A stretch of DNA of 64,000 nucleotides from an uncultured Desulfuromonas sp. (GCF_963678835.2 NZ_CAXXCH010000002.1:98690-162689); one strand, 5' to 3'. Positions 1-9,988 are shown, counted from the first letter of the stretch. Numbers and translations are program-made. The notes: a model not told the origin generated them from the sequence alone.

Positions 1-179
1 CACTTAAGCCAGCGCCGTTGCGGTTTGACGCCGCTGTGCTGTGATGCGCCCTGATAGGGCGACAGCGTTGGCACCCATAACGCGGCGTCATTGTTTTGCC
101 GGGCGCGTGGAACCAGGCGATAAACCAGATAAGGCAGTGGCAGCAGGGCCAGCGCCCATGGCCAGGCAAAGGCAATCAT
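1..179 (-). CDS. VWA/BatA-like protein, N-terminal fragment (gene runs off the left edge)
   Basis: Hand translation of the reverse strand from the ATG at 179..177 gives MIAFAWPWALALLPLPYLVYRLVPRARQNND..., a hydrophobic N-terminus typical of BatA-type VWA proteins. It has an ATGA overlap with the stop of the upstream DUF4381 gene. Its position fits the MoxR-DUF58-DUF4381-VWA operon order. It is absent from the ORF track because no stop lies inside the window. Confidence 0.5.
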   Translation of the reverse strand, partial: MIAFAWPWALALLPLPYLVYRLVPRARQNNDAALWVPTLSPYQGASQHSGVKPQRRWLK

Positions 180-667
180 GGCATCCTCCGTGGCTTGACG
201 GCTGGCAGGTGGTTGATCCAGCGGCGACACAGGCTGATCAGCTGATCTGGATGTTCCAGTTGCTCCTGACGCTGATACGGTCCCCGTGCCAACACCTGGC
301 CGACACCGGTGGTGAAGGGGGCATCGTCAAAGGGCTGATCGAGAAATGTCAGCCACTGCTGCCCCTCAAGTCCAGCGCAGTTGTGAGATGGATAATGGAG
401 GATGGCCATGTGGCGCAGAAGGCGTGACAGCTCGGGGATTAATGCCACCTCTTGCGGTGTTTGGCGACAGCGCTCTTCGAGCTCGGCCAGTTGACTCAGG
501 GCGATGCGGCGGTAATAACGGCACTGATGACGGTGACGCCACCAGGCTCCGATAACCACCAGCATGATGAACAAGCCAACGACCACCCACCAGCCGGGTG
601 CCGGCGGCCACCAGCTTATCGGGGCAGGAAGGTGGATGTCGCGTAATTGCAACGCCGCCGGGTTCAT
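176..667 (-). CDS. DUF4381-like small membrane protein of the MoxR/Bat-type operon
   Basis: 163-aa ORF with the N-terminal motif LRDIHLPAPISWWPPAPGWW followed by one TM helix. It has 4-nt overlaps with the genes on both sides. Confidence 0.7.
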   Translation of the reverse strand: MNPAALQLRDIHLPAPISWWPPAPGWWVVVGLFIMLVVIGAWWRHRHQCRYYRRIALSQLAELEERCRQTPQEVALIPELSRLLRHMAILHYPSHNCAGLEGQQWLTFLDQPFDDAPFTTGVGQVLARGPYQRQEQLEHPDQLISLCRRWINHLPAVKPRRMP

Positions 668-1611
668 GAGCGGCCTCCGTTGTCACGACCATGCCCGGTG
701 CCGCGCAGACAGTCCATGGGCTGGTCTGTGGTGGCGCACAGCAGCAGGCTGGCGCGCTGTTGCTGACAAAACTGGCTCAGTACATCAAGGTGGTCGGTGA
801 AGCGTTGCTGATAGTGATGACGAAAACTGTGGTCGTCACTGTTGAGCAGACCCTGGTCATGACCATCGCTGATCGGATAACAGCCGTTTTGCGGCAGAGA
901 GGCTTCCAGCGGGTCGTAGCAGAAAATCAGCCTTAACGAACAATGGCGTGCCAGCAGGATCAACTGTTCCTCGACCTGATGGTCCCACTGGGAAAAATCG
1001 CTGATCAGGGTGACCAGACTGCCGGGGCGGGCAACGCGGCGCAAACGGATCAGGGTGTTGAACAGGCGTTGCTGCGGAGCAAACGGTTGATGGGCCGGGC
1101 GTTGCCAGGCTGGAGCGTTGACCATCTGTTGCAGCAGACGCAGCACGCCACGTTTGCCGGACTGCGGGCGCAGCTCAACATGGCGCTCTTCTGAGAACAG
1201 AAACGCGCCAAGGCGATCGCCGTTTTTGTGCGCCTGCCAGCCGATCAGGGCCGCCAGATGGGAGGCCTGCACGGCTTTAAAACAGCCGCGGGTGGCAAAG
1301 AACATGGGGCGACGATAATCAAGGGCTACCAGCACCGGTCGCTCCCGTTCCTCCTGAAACAGCTTGGTGTGCGGTTTGCCGGTGCGTGCCGTGACTCGCC
1401 AATCAATGGTACGGATATCATCACCGTTCTGGTAGCTGCGCACTTCGGCGAACTCCATACCGCGTCCGCGCTGCTGGGAACGGTAGCTGCCGCTGAGTCG
1501 GGCACGACTCAAAGCCGGACGGCGCACACTGGCCTCCAACTGTTCGCGCAAGGCGATCAGTTGCGGCAAGGTAATGGTGATGCGTGAATTCATGTCCAAA
1601 TCAGGTTTCAT
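664..1611 (-). CDS. DUF58 domain protein (VWA-like, MoxR partner)
   Basis: 315-aa ORF with the RGRGMEFAEVRSYQNGDDIRTIDWRVTAR signature typical of DUF58. It lies directly downstream of the MoxR ATPase. Confidence 0.8.
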   Translation of the reverse strand: MKPDLDMNSRITITLPQLIALREQLEASVRRPALSRARLSGSYRSQQRGRGMEFAEVRSYQNGDDIRTIDWRVTARTGKPHTKLFQEERERPVLVALDYRRPMFFATRGCFKAVQASHLAALIGWQAHKNGDRLGAFLFSEERHVELRPQSGKRGVLRLLQQMVNAPAWQRPAHQPFAPQQRLFNTLIRLRRVARPGSLVTLISDFSQWDHQVEEQLILLARHCSLRLIFCYDPLEASLPQNGCYPISDGHDQGLLNSDDHSFRHHYQQRFTDHLDVLSQFCQQQRASLLLCATTDQPMDCLRGTGHGRDNGGRS

Positions 1612-1664
1612 GATGATCCTGACGCAAGAATGGTGCAGTAACGACGATGAACAACAGTGGATGA

Positions 1665-2627
1665 TTAAGGGATCGGGATGCGCTGCAGCAGTTGTCGCAC
1701 GAATTGATCCACGGTGATGCCCTGAGCTTCCGCCTCGTAGGTGAGCAGAATGCGGTGGCGCAACACATCGTAAGCCAGGTTCTGGATATCTTCGGGAGTG
1801 ACGAAATCACGTCCCTGCAGCCAGGCGCGGCTACGGGCACAGCGGTCCAAAGCAATGGTGGCGCGCGGACTGGCACCGTACTGAATCCACCCGGCCAGAT
1901 CGTCGCCATAAGCACGCGGATCGCGTGTCGCAAGGATGATCTGCAGCAGATATTCTTCCAGAGCATCGGCCAGATAGACATCGAGAACCGCAGCCCGCGC
2001 TTGCTTAAGCTGGCTGCGGGTCAGTTGCTCCAGCGGCGCTTCCGGGACATGAGCGGCTTCGCGACGGGCCAGTTGGAGGATCTGCCGTTCGGCCTCGGCG
2101 TTGGGGTAGTCGATCATCACATGGAGCAGAAAGCGGTCGAGTTGCGCTTCGGGCAACGGATAGGTGCCCTCCTGCTCAATGGGGTTCTGGGTGGCCATGA
2201 CCAGGAACGGTTCTTTGAGCGGATAGGTGGTCTGACCCACGGTGATCTGGCGTTCGGCCATGGCTTCGAGCAGTGCCGACTGCACCTTGGCCGGGGCACG
2301 GTTGATCTCGTCGGCCAGCACCAGATTGTGAAACAGCGGGCCCTGCTGGAATTCAAACTGGCCCTGCTGGGGGCGGTAGATCTCGGTGCCGGTCAAGTCG
2401 GCGGGCAGCAGGTCAGGGGTGAACTGAATGCGGTGAAAGCTGCCTTCGAGATGATCACCCAGCAGGCGGATGGCGCGGGTTTTGGCCAGGCCGGGAGCGC
2501 CTTCCACCAGCAGGTGGCCATCGGCGAGCAGGGCGATCAGCAGACGTTCAATCAGTAGAGGTTGGCCGATGATCTGCTGATCAAGGCGCTGACTGAGCTG
2601 AACCAAGTGCTGTTGAATTGTTTCCAT
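1665..2627 (-). CDS. MoxR-family AAA+ ATPase
   Basis: 320 aa. Walker A is GAPGLAKT, Walker B is LVLADEINRAPAKVQSALLEAM, and the length is typical of MoxR. Confidence 0.9.
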   Translation of the reverse strand: METIQQHLVQLSQRLDQQIIGQPLLIERLLIALLADGHLLVEGAPGLAKTRAIRLLGDHLEGSFHRIQFTPDLLPADLTGTEIYRPQQGQFEFQQGPLFHNLVLADEINRAPAKVQSALLEAMAERQITVGQTTYPLKEPFLVMATQNPIEQEGTYPLPEAQLDRFLLHVMIDYPNAEAERQILQLARREAAHVPEAPLEQLTRSQLKQARAAVLDVYLADALEEYLLQIILATRDPRAYGDDLAGWIQYGASPRATIALDRCARSRAWLQGRDFVTPEDIQNLAYDVLRHRILLTYEAEAQGITVDQFVRQLLQRIPIP

Positions 2628-2885
2628 GAATTATTCTCCATAGTTACACAGAATACTGCAGGTCAGGGTTCACGCTAATCATGCAATGGCGTAAATTCAA
2701 GGGGGTGTTGCGTAACTTATTGTTACAGGGTGGAAACAGTTGTACTCCTGCAATCGACAAGGGAAAAGGTGCAAATGCACAGTTCAGGGTTGTACTTTAA
2801 AAAAAACAGCAACATGCTATGATGCTTTGCCCTGTGGCTGTACAGTGTGGATGTGTGAAGGGCTTTTTTTGGATAAGGACAGAGC

Positions 2886-3713
2886 ATGAGCGATTTAACC
2901 GAAATCCCGCTGGGCAAGACCACCGAATACCCGAGTCAGTATGATGCGGGATTGCTGTATCCGGTGCCACGCTGTCTCAAGCGCGATGAACTGGGGATTG
3001 GCGAGCCGTTGCCGTTTTATGGCGAAGATGTGTGGAACAGCTATGAACTGTCGTGGCTCAACCGCAAGGGTAAGCCGGTGGTGGCATTGGCTGTGTTCCG
3101 TTTTTCCTGTCAGACGCCCAATCTGGTCGAGTCCAAATCGTTCAAGCTGTATCTCAACTCTCTCAATCAAACCCGCTTTGAGGATCAACAGGCGGTGATC
3201 GATTGTCTGCGACGCGATTTGAGCCAGGCCAGCGGCGGCTCAGTGACGGTTGAACTCTCTTCCCTCGATGATCAGAGCCTGTGGCAGGTGCAGACCTTGC
3301 CGGGCGAATGCCTTGACAGCCTTGATCTCGATGTGGAACATTATCAGCTCAATGCCGATCTGTTGCGCGATGCCGCAGATTCAGCCGACCCGGTTGAAGA
3401 AATCCTCTATAGTCACCTGCTTAAAAGCAATTGTTTGATTACGTCACAGCCCGATTGGGCCAGTGTGTGGATCTCGTATCGCGGTGGTCGTCTCGATCGT
3501 CAGGCGCTGTTGGCGTATCTGATTTCGTTTCGGCAGCACAACGAATTTCATGAACAGTGCGTGGAGCGGATTTTTACTGATCTGTTGCGTCACTGTCATC
3601 CACAATCCCTGACGGTTTACGCCCGTTATACCCGCCGTGGCGGCCTGGATATCAATCCCTGGCGCAGCACGGAGCCTGGAACCGCCCCTCAGTGGCGGTT
3701 GAGCCGTCAGTAA
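2886..3713 (+). CDS. queF: NADPH-dependent 7-cyano-7-deazaguanine (preQ0) reductase, long (type II) form
   Basis: 275 aa. Contains PLGKTTEYPSQYD, ESKSFKLYLNS and the C-terminal FHEQCVERIF motifs characteristic of bimodular QueF. Confidence 0.9.
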   Translation: MSDLTEIPLGKTTEYPSQYDAGLLYPVPRCLKRDELGIGEPLPFYGEDVWNSYELSWLNRKGKPVVALAVFRFSCQTPNLVESKSFKLYLNSLNQTRFEDQQAVIDCLRRDLSQASGGSVTVELSSLDDQSLWQVQTLPGECLDSLDLDVEHYQLNADLLRDAADSADPVEEILYSHLLKSNCLITSQPDWASVWISYRGGRLDRQALLAYLISFRQHNEFHEQCVERIFTDLLRHCHPQSLTVYARYTRRGGLDINPWRSTEPGTAPQWRLSRQ

Positions 3714-3774
3714 CATTCTTAGACCACCGGTCTTCCCCGTCGGGAGGAACCTGGATTTTTCAAGGAGTTACGTT

Positions 3775-4251
3775 ATGGAAGAGATGTCATCTGTTGTGTC
3801 GTCGTGCGTCGATCTCAGCGGCGACGACGGTTGGACCCCGTTTGATGCGCCGTCGCTGGTTGGGGCGTCGTTGCGTTTTGTTTCCGGTGAGCCGGATGGC
3901 AATCGTTACCGAGTACGCTATTACCGCAATGCCGAAGGGGAGTTGCGGGCGCGGATCTGGTTCGGCCCGGAAACCGAAGGCCCTCCGGGGCACTCACATG
4001 GTGGCGCCATGGCCGCGGTTTTTGACGAGGTGCTCGGTCTCGCGGCTTGGACCGCCGGTTATGGCATCGTTGTCGGCAATCTCAATGTCAGCTTTCGCAA
4101 CATGCTGCCGCTGGGAACGGTTGCTACTGTCGAGAGTACGGTGCTGTCGGCTGAAGGGCGTAAGATCAAGGTTCAAGGGCGTCTGGTGCATGGGGAGACG
4201 GTGTTTGCCGAGGCGGAGTGTTTGTGTATTACGTTGCCGGAGAAGTTTTAA
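3775..4251 (+). CDS. PaaI/hotdog-fold thioesterase family protein
   Basis: 158 aa. The HGGAMAAVFDEVLG motif and the length fit PaaI-type hotdog thioesterases. Confidence 0.7.
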   Translation: MEEMSSVVSSCVDLSGDDGWTPFDAPSLVGASLRFVSGEPDGNRYRVRYYRNAEGELRARIWFGPETEGPPGHSHGGAMAAVFDEVLGLAAWTAGYGIVVGNLNVSFRNMLPLGTVATVESTVLSAEGRKIKVQGRLVHGETVFAEAECLCITLPEKF

Positions 4252-4866
4252 ACGGAAGTAAGTGGTTCCTGAGATAGGGCTGCTTGCTCCGGCCATCTTC
4301 ATCCGTTTGCCTTGATGGTACGCACGTGACGTGGGCTTCCGCGCCCACACGTCGGGGCACTTTTGCGTCGACAAAAGTACCACAAAATCGACTCCCGGGC
4401 TTCGCGCTCTTCGAGTCCCCTCACTTCAGTCGCTTGCGCCGTGATATCGGCAAAAACTCGCTGACGCTCAAACAGTTTGCCGAAAACCATCACGACGACG
4501 CTCCTTGTGCTCGGCGCTGCAGTACGGGAGGGCTTGGGTGCTAAATAACACAATTCTGTAGGGTGGCCACCGGCCACCCGTTTAACTCGTGCCACGGAAG
4601 AGATAGGGAAAGACACAGGATAGTTATCAACGTTTTACGCCAAAGATGATGGTTGCAAGATTTGCCGAGCTAAAGGGAGGCAAACCGAACCTGCAATGCA
4701 TAACAGAAACAGACTCAGTGTAGGTTAATCCAGGTCCAGGAGAAGTTCAGCCGGTTTTTGCATCCTTTTGAGCGGCAAGTCAAAAGGATGTCGCCTGCCG
4801 GGGCGAGTCCCGGCGACCTTGACTTTGATCTTGAATCGTTTTGAAGTGCCACATTGAAAGACTCTC

Positions 4867-5715
4867 TCACAGCCCCGCATCTAACCGCTGCCGCAAATAA
4901 ACCGGAAACTTCGGCAGCCCCGATTGATACATCCCATAAAATTTATAGGTGATCACACTGCCGACAGCAGGTGGAGCCAGCCGCTCCTCATCACTGAAGC
5001 CACTGCCGATTTTGAACTGGACACCATCAGCCCGCTTTACCCGCAACGCCCCCAATCGTCCCTGATTTCTCCCTGTTCCGGCAAGGTGTTCCACAACCAC
5101 CGCTTCAGCATCCTCATAGCGTTTCACTTTAAGAATGGAATTGCTGCGCCCCGCTGTGTAACCAGCCTGCGGATCGCGGACGATCAAACCTTCACCACCT
5201 GCTTGAAGGATGCGTTCCAGTTCCGCTTCCATATGGCTGACCGATTGAATGGGAATCTGGGAGATGACATAGGCGTATGGTGATGGATGGTGTTGAAACC
5301 AATCCTGCGCCTTGACAATGCGCTGTTGAAACGAGCCTTGTTCCTGAGGAACATCAAAGATTGCCAGTCGTAACGTCAACCAGCCGGGATGGGGATTGTC
5401 CTGCATGACCATGCTGACGGTGTTTTCAAAACGGTTGCGGCCTGCCCACAATTCACCTTCAACGGCAAACGGTGGCAATCCGGCAATGAATTCTGCTGGA
5501 GGGTGGAGTGGGTGGCCGTTTTTCGACCACAACGTCTCTCCATCCCAAAAGCCGCGCACGCCGTCAAGTTTTTCACTCATCCACCAGCCCGTGACCGAAA
5601 CGGTGTCGTCATAGCTGTGTGGCCGCATCAGGGTGGCAGGCTCCATGGCCTGAGCTCTGTCAGCCAACCTGAATGGGCTGAAGACAAGTGCAACAATCAG
5701 CAGGATGCGGATCAT
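4867..5715 (-). CDS. Minimal ATP-dependent DNA ligase with N-terminal signal peptide (LigE type)
   Basis: 282 aa. The N-terminus MIRILLIVALVFSPFRLADRAQA looks like a signal peptide. The adenylation motif I is KLDGVR. Motifs EGELW, FDVP, GGEGLIVRD and ILKVK follow in the canonical order. The start has an ATGA overlap with the stop of the upstream kinase gene. Confidence 0.85.
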   Translation of the reverse strand: MIRILLIVALVFSPFRLADRAQAMEPATLMRPHSYDDTVSVTGWWMSEKLDGVRGFWDGETLWSKNGHPLHPPAEFIAGLPPFAVEGELWAGRNRFENTVSMVMQDNPHPGWLTLRLAIFDVPQEQGSFQQRIVKAQDWFQHHPSPYAYVISQIPIQSVSHMEAELERILQAGGEGLIVRDPQAGYTAGRSNSILKVKRYEDAEAVVVEHLAGTGRNQGRLGALRVKRADGVQFKIGSGFSDEERLAPPAVGSVITYKFYGMYQSGLPKFPVYLRQRLDAGL

Positions 5716-8315
5716 GAGAGGTCGGGGAGTGGCAGTCGCACGTAGGAGGTGGTGCCTTGGTGGAAGGTACTCTCGACCCAGATCTCACCATGATGGGCCT
5801 CAACAATATGTTTGGCAATGGACATCCCCAGACCGAGTCCGCCGACAGCGGTATTGGTGCCATCGACGCGGTAGAATTTGTTGAAAATCCGTTCTACCTG
5901 AGCCGGGGTCATGCCGATCCCTTGATCCGCAATGGTCAGCAAAAAGCCGTCCGGCCCTTGTCGGGTCTCAATCACAATATTGCCCCCCTCGGGAGAATAT
6001 TTTACCGCATTACTGAGCAGGTTCTCAATGACCTGGGCCATCTTGTTTTCATCGATGAACAGCACCCTGTCGCTGTCGTTGAGGTGGGTGATAAATTGAT
6101 GGTCTGGGCAACTGTCGCGATATTGTTCGATCAGTCCGACCAAGGTTGAGTGCAGGGGGGTCGGCTTTTGATCCAGGGTGATCAGGCGGCCGGATTCAAT
6201 GCGACTCAGGTCGAGAAGATCATCGACAATAGCAGCAAGGCTTTCAGATTTACTGGAGATGATCTGCAGATATTCCCGGCGTTCCTTTTCAGAAATATCC
6301 GGTGATTCCAGCAGCAGATCGGAAAAGCCAAGCATGGCGGTCAGTGGGGTGCGCAGCTCATGGGCTGCTGTGGAGATAAATTCACTTTTCAGCTGGGCCA
6401 TTTCACGACTACGGGTGACATCTTGCAGCAGGGTAATGGCGCCGCTGGGGATTGATTCGTTGTCATAAATGGCAGAAAAACGAGCCTGAATCACACGCAT
6501 CTCCTGGAGGGATTGATCCATCATTTCCACGTCAATGGTTGCGGTTGTTTTTTCCTGGGAGAGGATTGAGCCGAGTTCGTCGCTGAACACCTGGGCGTCG
6601 ACAATCGTTTCAACGAGCTGGCCGATCGCCTGGTTTTCATCAACATCCAGCAACTTTTGTGCGGCACGGTTGATCATGGTGATGTGGTGGTTACGGTCTG
6701 AAACGATCATCCCATCGGTCAATGAGGTGAGGATGGCGTTGATGTTGTTGCGTCCTTCCTCCGATTCCTGAAGGGCTTTTTTTAAAGCATGTTCAGTGGC
6801 TTTTTGCTGCGAAATATCTTTGTGGGTTCCGGTCAGGCGCAGCGGGTTGCCCTGCTGATCGCGGCTGACCACCATGCCGCGACCGAGAATCCATTTCCAG
6901 CCGCCCTGCTTGGTTCTCATGCGGAATTCTGAGGCAAAATGGGAGATTTCACCACGCATACAGCGTTCGTGAATCGGGCGAGTGGATTTCAAGTCATCCG
7001 GGTGAACCAGTTTCTCCCATTGCTCCAATCTCTGTTCGAGTTCATCCGGTTCATAGCCGAGCATACGACACCAGCGCTCATCGACGATATTGCTGCCGGT
7101 AGAGACATCCCAGTCCCAGAATCCATCCTGTGAGCCATCCAGAGCCAGGCGCAGCCGTTCCTCTTTTTCGTAGATAACCCGTTCGGCGATTTTACGAATG
7201 TGCAGGTTCCACAACAACAGGCCGATCAGCACCATTAACAGGACTCCGGCAACGCCAAGCAGCCAGAAATCCTGCTTGGCCACCGGATAAAACCTGGCTG
7301 GTTTGTTGATGCATCGGCTGTTGGCCGGCAGTTGGTCGGCTGTAATGCCGAAGCGTTTGAGTTCGACATCGTCGAACAGATACACGTTGGCATCACCGGT
7401 GATGACAGGCAGCTGACTCATCGGAACCCCGGAAAGAATTTGCTGAGCCAGGTGGGCTGCTTCCCGTCCCTGAGCTTCGCTACTGACAAGCTTACCGCCG
7501 ACCAGGCCATAACCGAGAGAGAAATCCCAAAAACTGTAGATGGGCACTGGGCAATTGTCATGTAATGCGGTCATTGATTCATGAAACGATAAAACTGTTC
7601 CGTTACGGCGGGTCAACACACTGCTGAGGAAAACCAGTTGTCCCGGTTTGAGGGTGGCGGCTTTTTTCTGCAGTTTTTCGATGGGGATATCGCGCCATAT
7701 GGTGATTTTGAGGCCCTGGCTGTAACGGCGCAGGCTGCTCTCGATATCGTGATTGATGGCCAGGTCCGTGGCTCCAAGCCGGCTGCCGATCAGGATCAGT
7801 TCCCGGCTGTTCGGATGTAGGGACAAGGCAACATCCAGGGTTTCTTCGACGCTGAGATCTTCCGCAACGCCGGTGATGTTCTGTTCGGCGGTAACATCGC
7901 GCGGATGAAAATCATTGACGCCGCAGAAGACGATGGGGCGGTCCGCAAACAGATCGTTACGGTGTTGCACCGCCAGATTGTAGGCATCATTATCCGTAAC
8001 CAGAACCAGATCAAAATCGAGGTGGCGCAATTTGTATTGAAGAAGAGTGAAATACCGCTGAAGGTAATCGTTACCGGGATTGCGCTTGGTGTCCATGTAC
8101 TCGACATAAAGGTGGACCGGCATGGAGCTGTTGTCAAAATACTGCTCAATGCCTCTTTGCAGGCCATCGGTCCACGCTAATCCAGCATGGTAGGAGTGAA
8201 GTACCAGGATGTTATGGAGGCGCTCTTGTGCGTGCAGCCCGCTGGGGATCAATAAAAAGGCCCACAGACTCAGCTGAATGATCGTGCGCAAGATTGTGGT
8301 TGTGAAAAAATGCAT
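5712..8315 (-). CDS. Sensor histidine kinase: periplasmic solute-binding-like domain, TM, two PAS domains, HisKA, HATPase
   Basis: The ORF 5712..8519 is trimmed to the internal ATG at 8315 (MHFFTTTILR..., hydrophobic leader). The H-box is FISTAAHELRTPLT. The G-boxes are DQGIGM and GGLGLGMSI. PAS-like blocks occur around WDWDVSTG and LTDGMIVSD. Confidence 0.85.
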   Translation of the reverse strand: MHFFTTTILRTIIQLSLWAFLLIPSGLHAQERLHNILVLHSYHAGLAWTDGLQRGIEQYFDNSSMPVHLYVEYMDTKRNPGNDYLQRYFTLLQYKLRHLDFDLVLVTDNDAYNLAVQHRNDLFADRPIVFCGVNDFHPRDVTAEQNITGVAEDLSVEETLDVALSLHPNSRELILIGSRLGATDLAINHDIESSLRRYSQGLKITIWRDIPIEKLQKKAATLKPGQLVFLSSVLTRRNGTVLSFHESMTALHDNCPVPIYSFWDFSLGYGLVGGKLVSSEAQGREAAHLAQQILSGVPMSQLPVITGDANVYLFDDVELKRFGITADQLPANSRCINKPARFYPVAKQDFWLLGVAGVLLMVLIGLLLWNLHIRKIAERVIYEKEERLRLALDGSQDGFWDWDVSTGSNIVDERWCRMLGYEPDELEQRLEQWEKLVHPDDLKSTRPIHERCMRGEISHFASEFRMRTKQGGWKWILGRGMVVSRDQQGNPLRLTGTHKDISQQKATEHALKKALQESEEGRNNINAILTSLTDGMIVSDRNHHITMINRAAQKLLDVDENQAIGQLVETIVDAQVFSDELGSILSQEKTTATIDVEMMDQSLQEMRVIQARFSAIYDNESIPSGAITLLQDVTRSREMAQLKSEFISTAAHELRTPLTAMLGFSDLLLESPDISEKERREYLQIISSKSESLAAIVDDLLDLSRIESGRLITLDQKPTPLHSTLVGLIEQYRDSCPDHQFITHLNDSDRVLFIDENKMAQVIENLLSNAVKYSPEGGNIVIETRQGPDGFLLTIADQGIGMTPAQVERIFNKFYRVDGTNTAVGGLGLGMSIAKHIVEAHHGEIWVESTFHQGTTSYVRLPLPDLS

Positions 8316-8584
8316 GAAACTTCCCAATGAACAAAAAAGTGTGAACGATGCGTATAAGTATGGCAAAAAAAAAGGAAGTTGTGCTTTTTTTAATGATCTT
8401 GTCCTGTTTTGCCGTATGGATCGGTTGTATGGTAACTTTGTCGGCTGCATGATAGAATGCGCCATTTGCCGTGCAGGAGAACCTGGACCCAACGGGTGCC
8501 AGGTTGGAAACGCGGTCATCTCATTGAATTGTCAACGTTGTTCCTTGAGCGCCACGCCTCGAAGGATTCTATTTTAAGGACGCT

Positions 8585-9988
8585 ATGGCCGAGAAAAATT
8601 TGCGATTTGCTACCCTGAGTGTGGTGTGCGTCGCGCACTTCCTGATGCCGTTTATGATGTCGGCCGTGGGTGTGGCGTTGCCGGTTATCGGCCGGGAATT
8701 CCATGCCAGCGCCGTACAGCTTGGCCTGATTGAGACCAGTTATGTGGCCTCGGCATCGATTTTTTTACTGGCCATGGGCCGACTTGGCGACATTGTCGGC
8801 CGCCGCAAAATCTTTCAGATCGGTCTTGGCCTGTTTACCCTGGCTGGTGGTTTGATCTCGCAGGCCTGGGCGGTTGATGTTGTGATCGGACTGCGTTTTT
8901 TTCAGGGCATGGGTGGGGCCATGGTCATGGCGACCACCATGGCGATTGTTGTGGCCGTGTTTCCGGAAAAAGATCGGGGCAAGGCTTTGGGCATTGCCGT
9001 TGCCAGTGTCTATGCTGGAATCTCCTGCGGGCCGTTTATCGGCGGCACCCTGGTGTCGATTCTCGGTTGGCGATCAATTTTTTATCTGTGTATACCCTTG
9101 GGCTTGACAGCTCTACTGACCACCACACTTCTGTTGCGCGATGAATGGGTTGGCGCGGCGGGAGAGCCGTTTGACTGGCAGGGTTGGTTGATCTATGCGG
9201 TGTCCATTGCGTCACTGGTTGTCGGGGCCACTCATCTTGCCGAAGGGGTGTTGTTTCGCGTGTTGCTGGCGGGTGGCGTTTGCGGTGTGGTTCTGTTCCT
9301 GTGGTTTGAGTCGCGACGCCGTTTCCCCTTGCTGAATATGGATTTGCTGCTGCACAACCGGGTGTTCGCCTTGAGTAATCTTGCGGCCATGTTCAACTAT
9401 GCCGGAACCTTCAGCATGACCTTTTTCCTCAGTTTATTTTTGCAGGTGGTGCTCGGTTTTGCGCCGCATGAGGCGGGCGGTGTCCTGATTATTCAACCCT
9501 TAGTGCAGACGCTGTTTTCGCCGGTTTGTGGGCGCCTGTCTGATCGCTATCCCGCAGACTGGGTGGCAACGGCAGGCATGGCCTTGTGTGCGCTGGGTAT
9601 CGGCATGGCCGCGACCTTGACGGCGGTCTCGCCGTTGTCTTTTATTGTGGTGATCCTGGTGGTGCTGGGGCTTGGCTTTGCCCTGTTCTCCTCACCGAAC
9701 ACGCGGGTGATCATGACCAGTGTTGCTGAGCGTGACCTGGGCGTGGCGTCCGGATTTTCCGCCAGCATGCGCACGCTCGGCATGATGGGCAGTATGACCA
9801 TTGTCACAGTGATTTTTTCCTGGCAGATGGCTGGCCAGCCAATCACCCCGCAGACCCAGGATTTATTTATTCAAAGCATGCACATCGCCCTGCTGATCTT
9901 CAGTGGGTTGTGTGCGATTGCTGTTTTCAGCTCGTTTGGTCGTCACCAATCCCCTTCAAAACAATCAGGAGTACTCAATGATGAGTGA
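8585..9988 (+). CDS. MFS transporter (drug/H+ antiporter-like, about 14 TM)
   Basis: 467 aa, hydrophobic throughout. The MFS motif A-like sequence GRLGDIVGRRK lies between TM2 and TM3. Confidence 0.85.
   Translation: MAEKNLRFATLSVVCVAHFLMPFMMSAVGVALPVIGREFHASAVQLGLIETSYVASASIFLLAMGRLGDIVGRRKIFQIGLGLFTLAGGLISQAWAVDVVIGLRFFQGMGGAMVMATTMAIVVAVFPEKDRGKALGIAVASVYAGISCGPFIGGTLVSILGWRSIFYLCIPLGLTALLTTTLLLRDEWVGAAGEPFDWQGWLIYAVSIASLVVGATHLAEGVLFRVLLAGGVCGVVLFLWFESRRRFPLLNMDLLLHNRVFALSNLAAMFNYAGTFSMTFFLSLFLQVVLGFAPHEAGGVLIIQPLVQTLFSPVCGRLSDRYPADWVATAGMALCALGIGMAATLTAVSPLSFIVVILVVLGLGFALFSSPNTRVIMTSVAERDLGVASGFSASMRTLGMMGSMTIVTVIFSWQMAGQPITPQTQDLFIQSMHIALLIFSGLCAIAVFSSFGRHQSPSKQSGVLNDE

Noticed and set aside
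1692-2558. Long antisense ORFs overlapping well-supported genes. Examples: 1692..2558 (+) inside moxR, 11839..12633 (-) opposite CLC, 13952..15046 (-) and 15134..15838 (-) opposite the MCP, 34174..35262 (-) opposite sbcD, 36338..37135 (-) opposite sbcC, 48254..49111 (-) and 49217..50038 (-) opposite PFOR, 56134..57033 (-) opposite the second MCP.
   Set aside because: Their translations are low-complexity, rich in Arg/Gly/Leu/His, and have no motifs. They lie opposite genes with unambiguous family signatures. Open shadow frames of this kind are expected in GC-rich DNA.
2640-2885. A possible preQ1 riboswitch in front of queF.
   Set aside because: I could not find the conserved preQ1-I/II core in this leader. 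queF is also not a typical preQ1-riboswitch-controlled gene.
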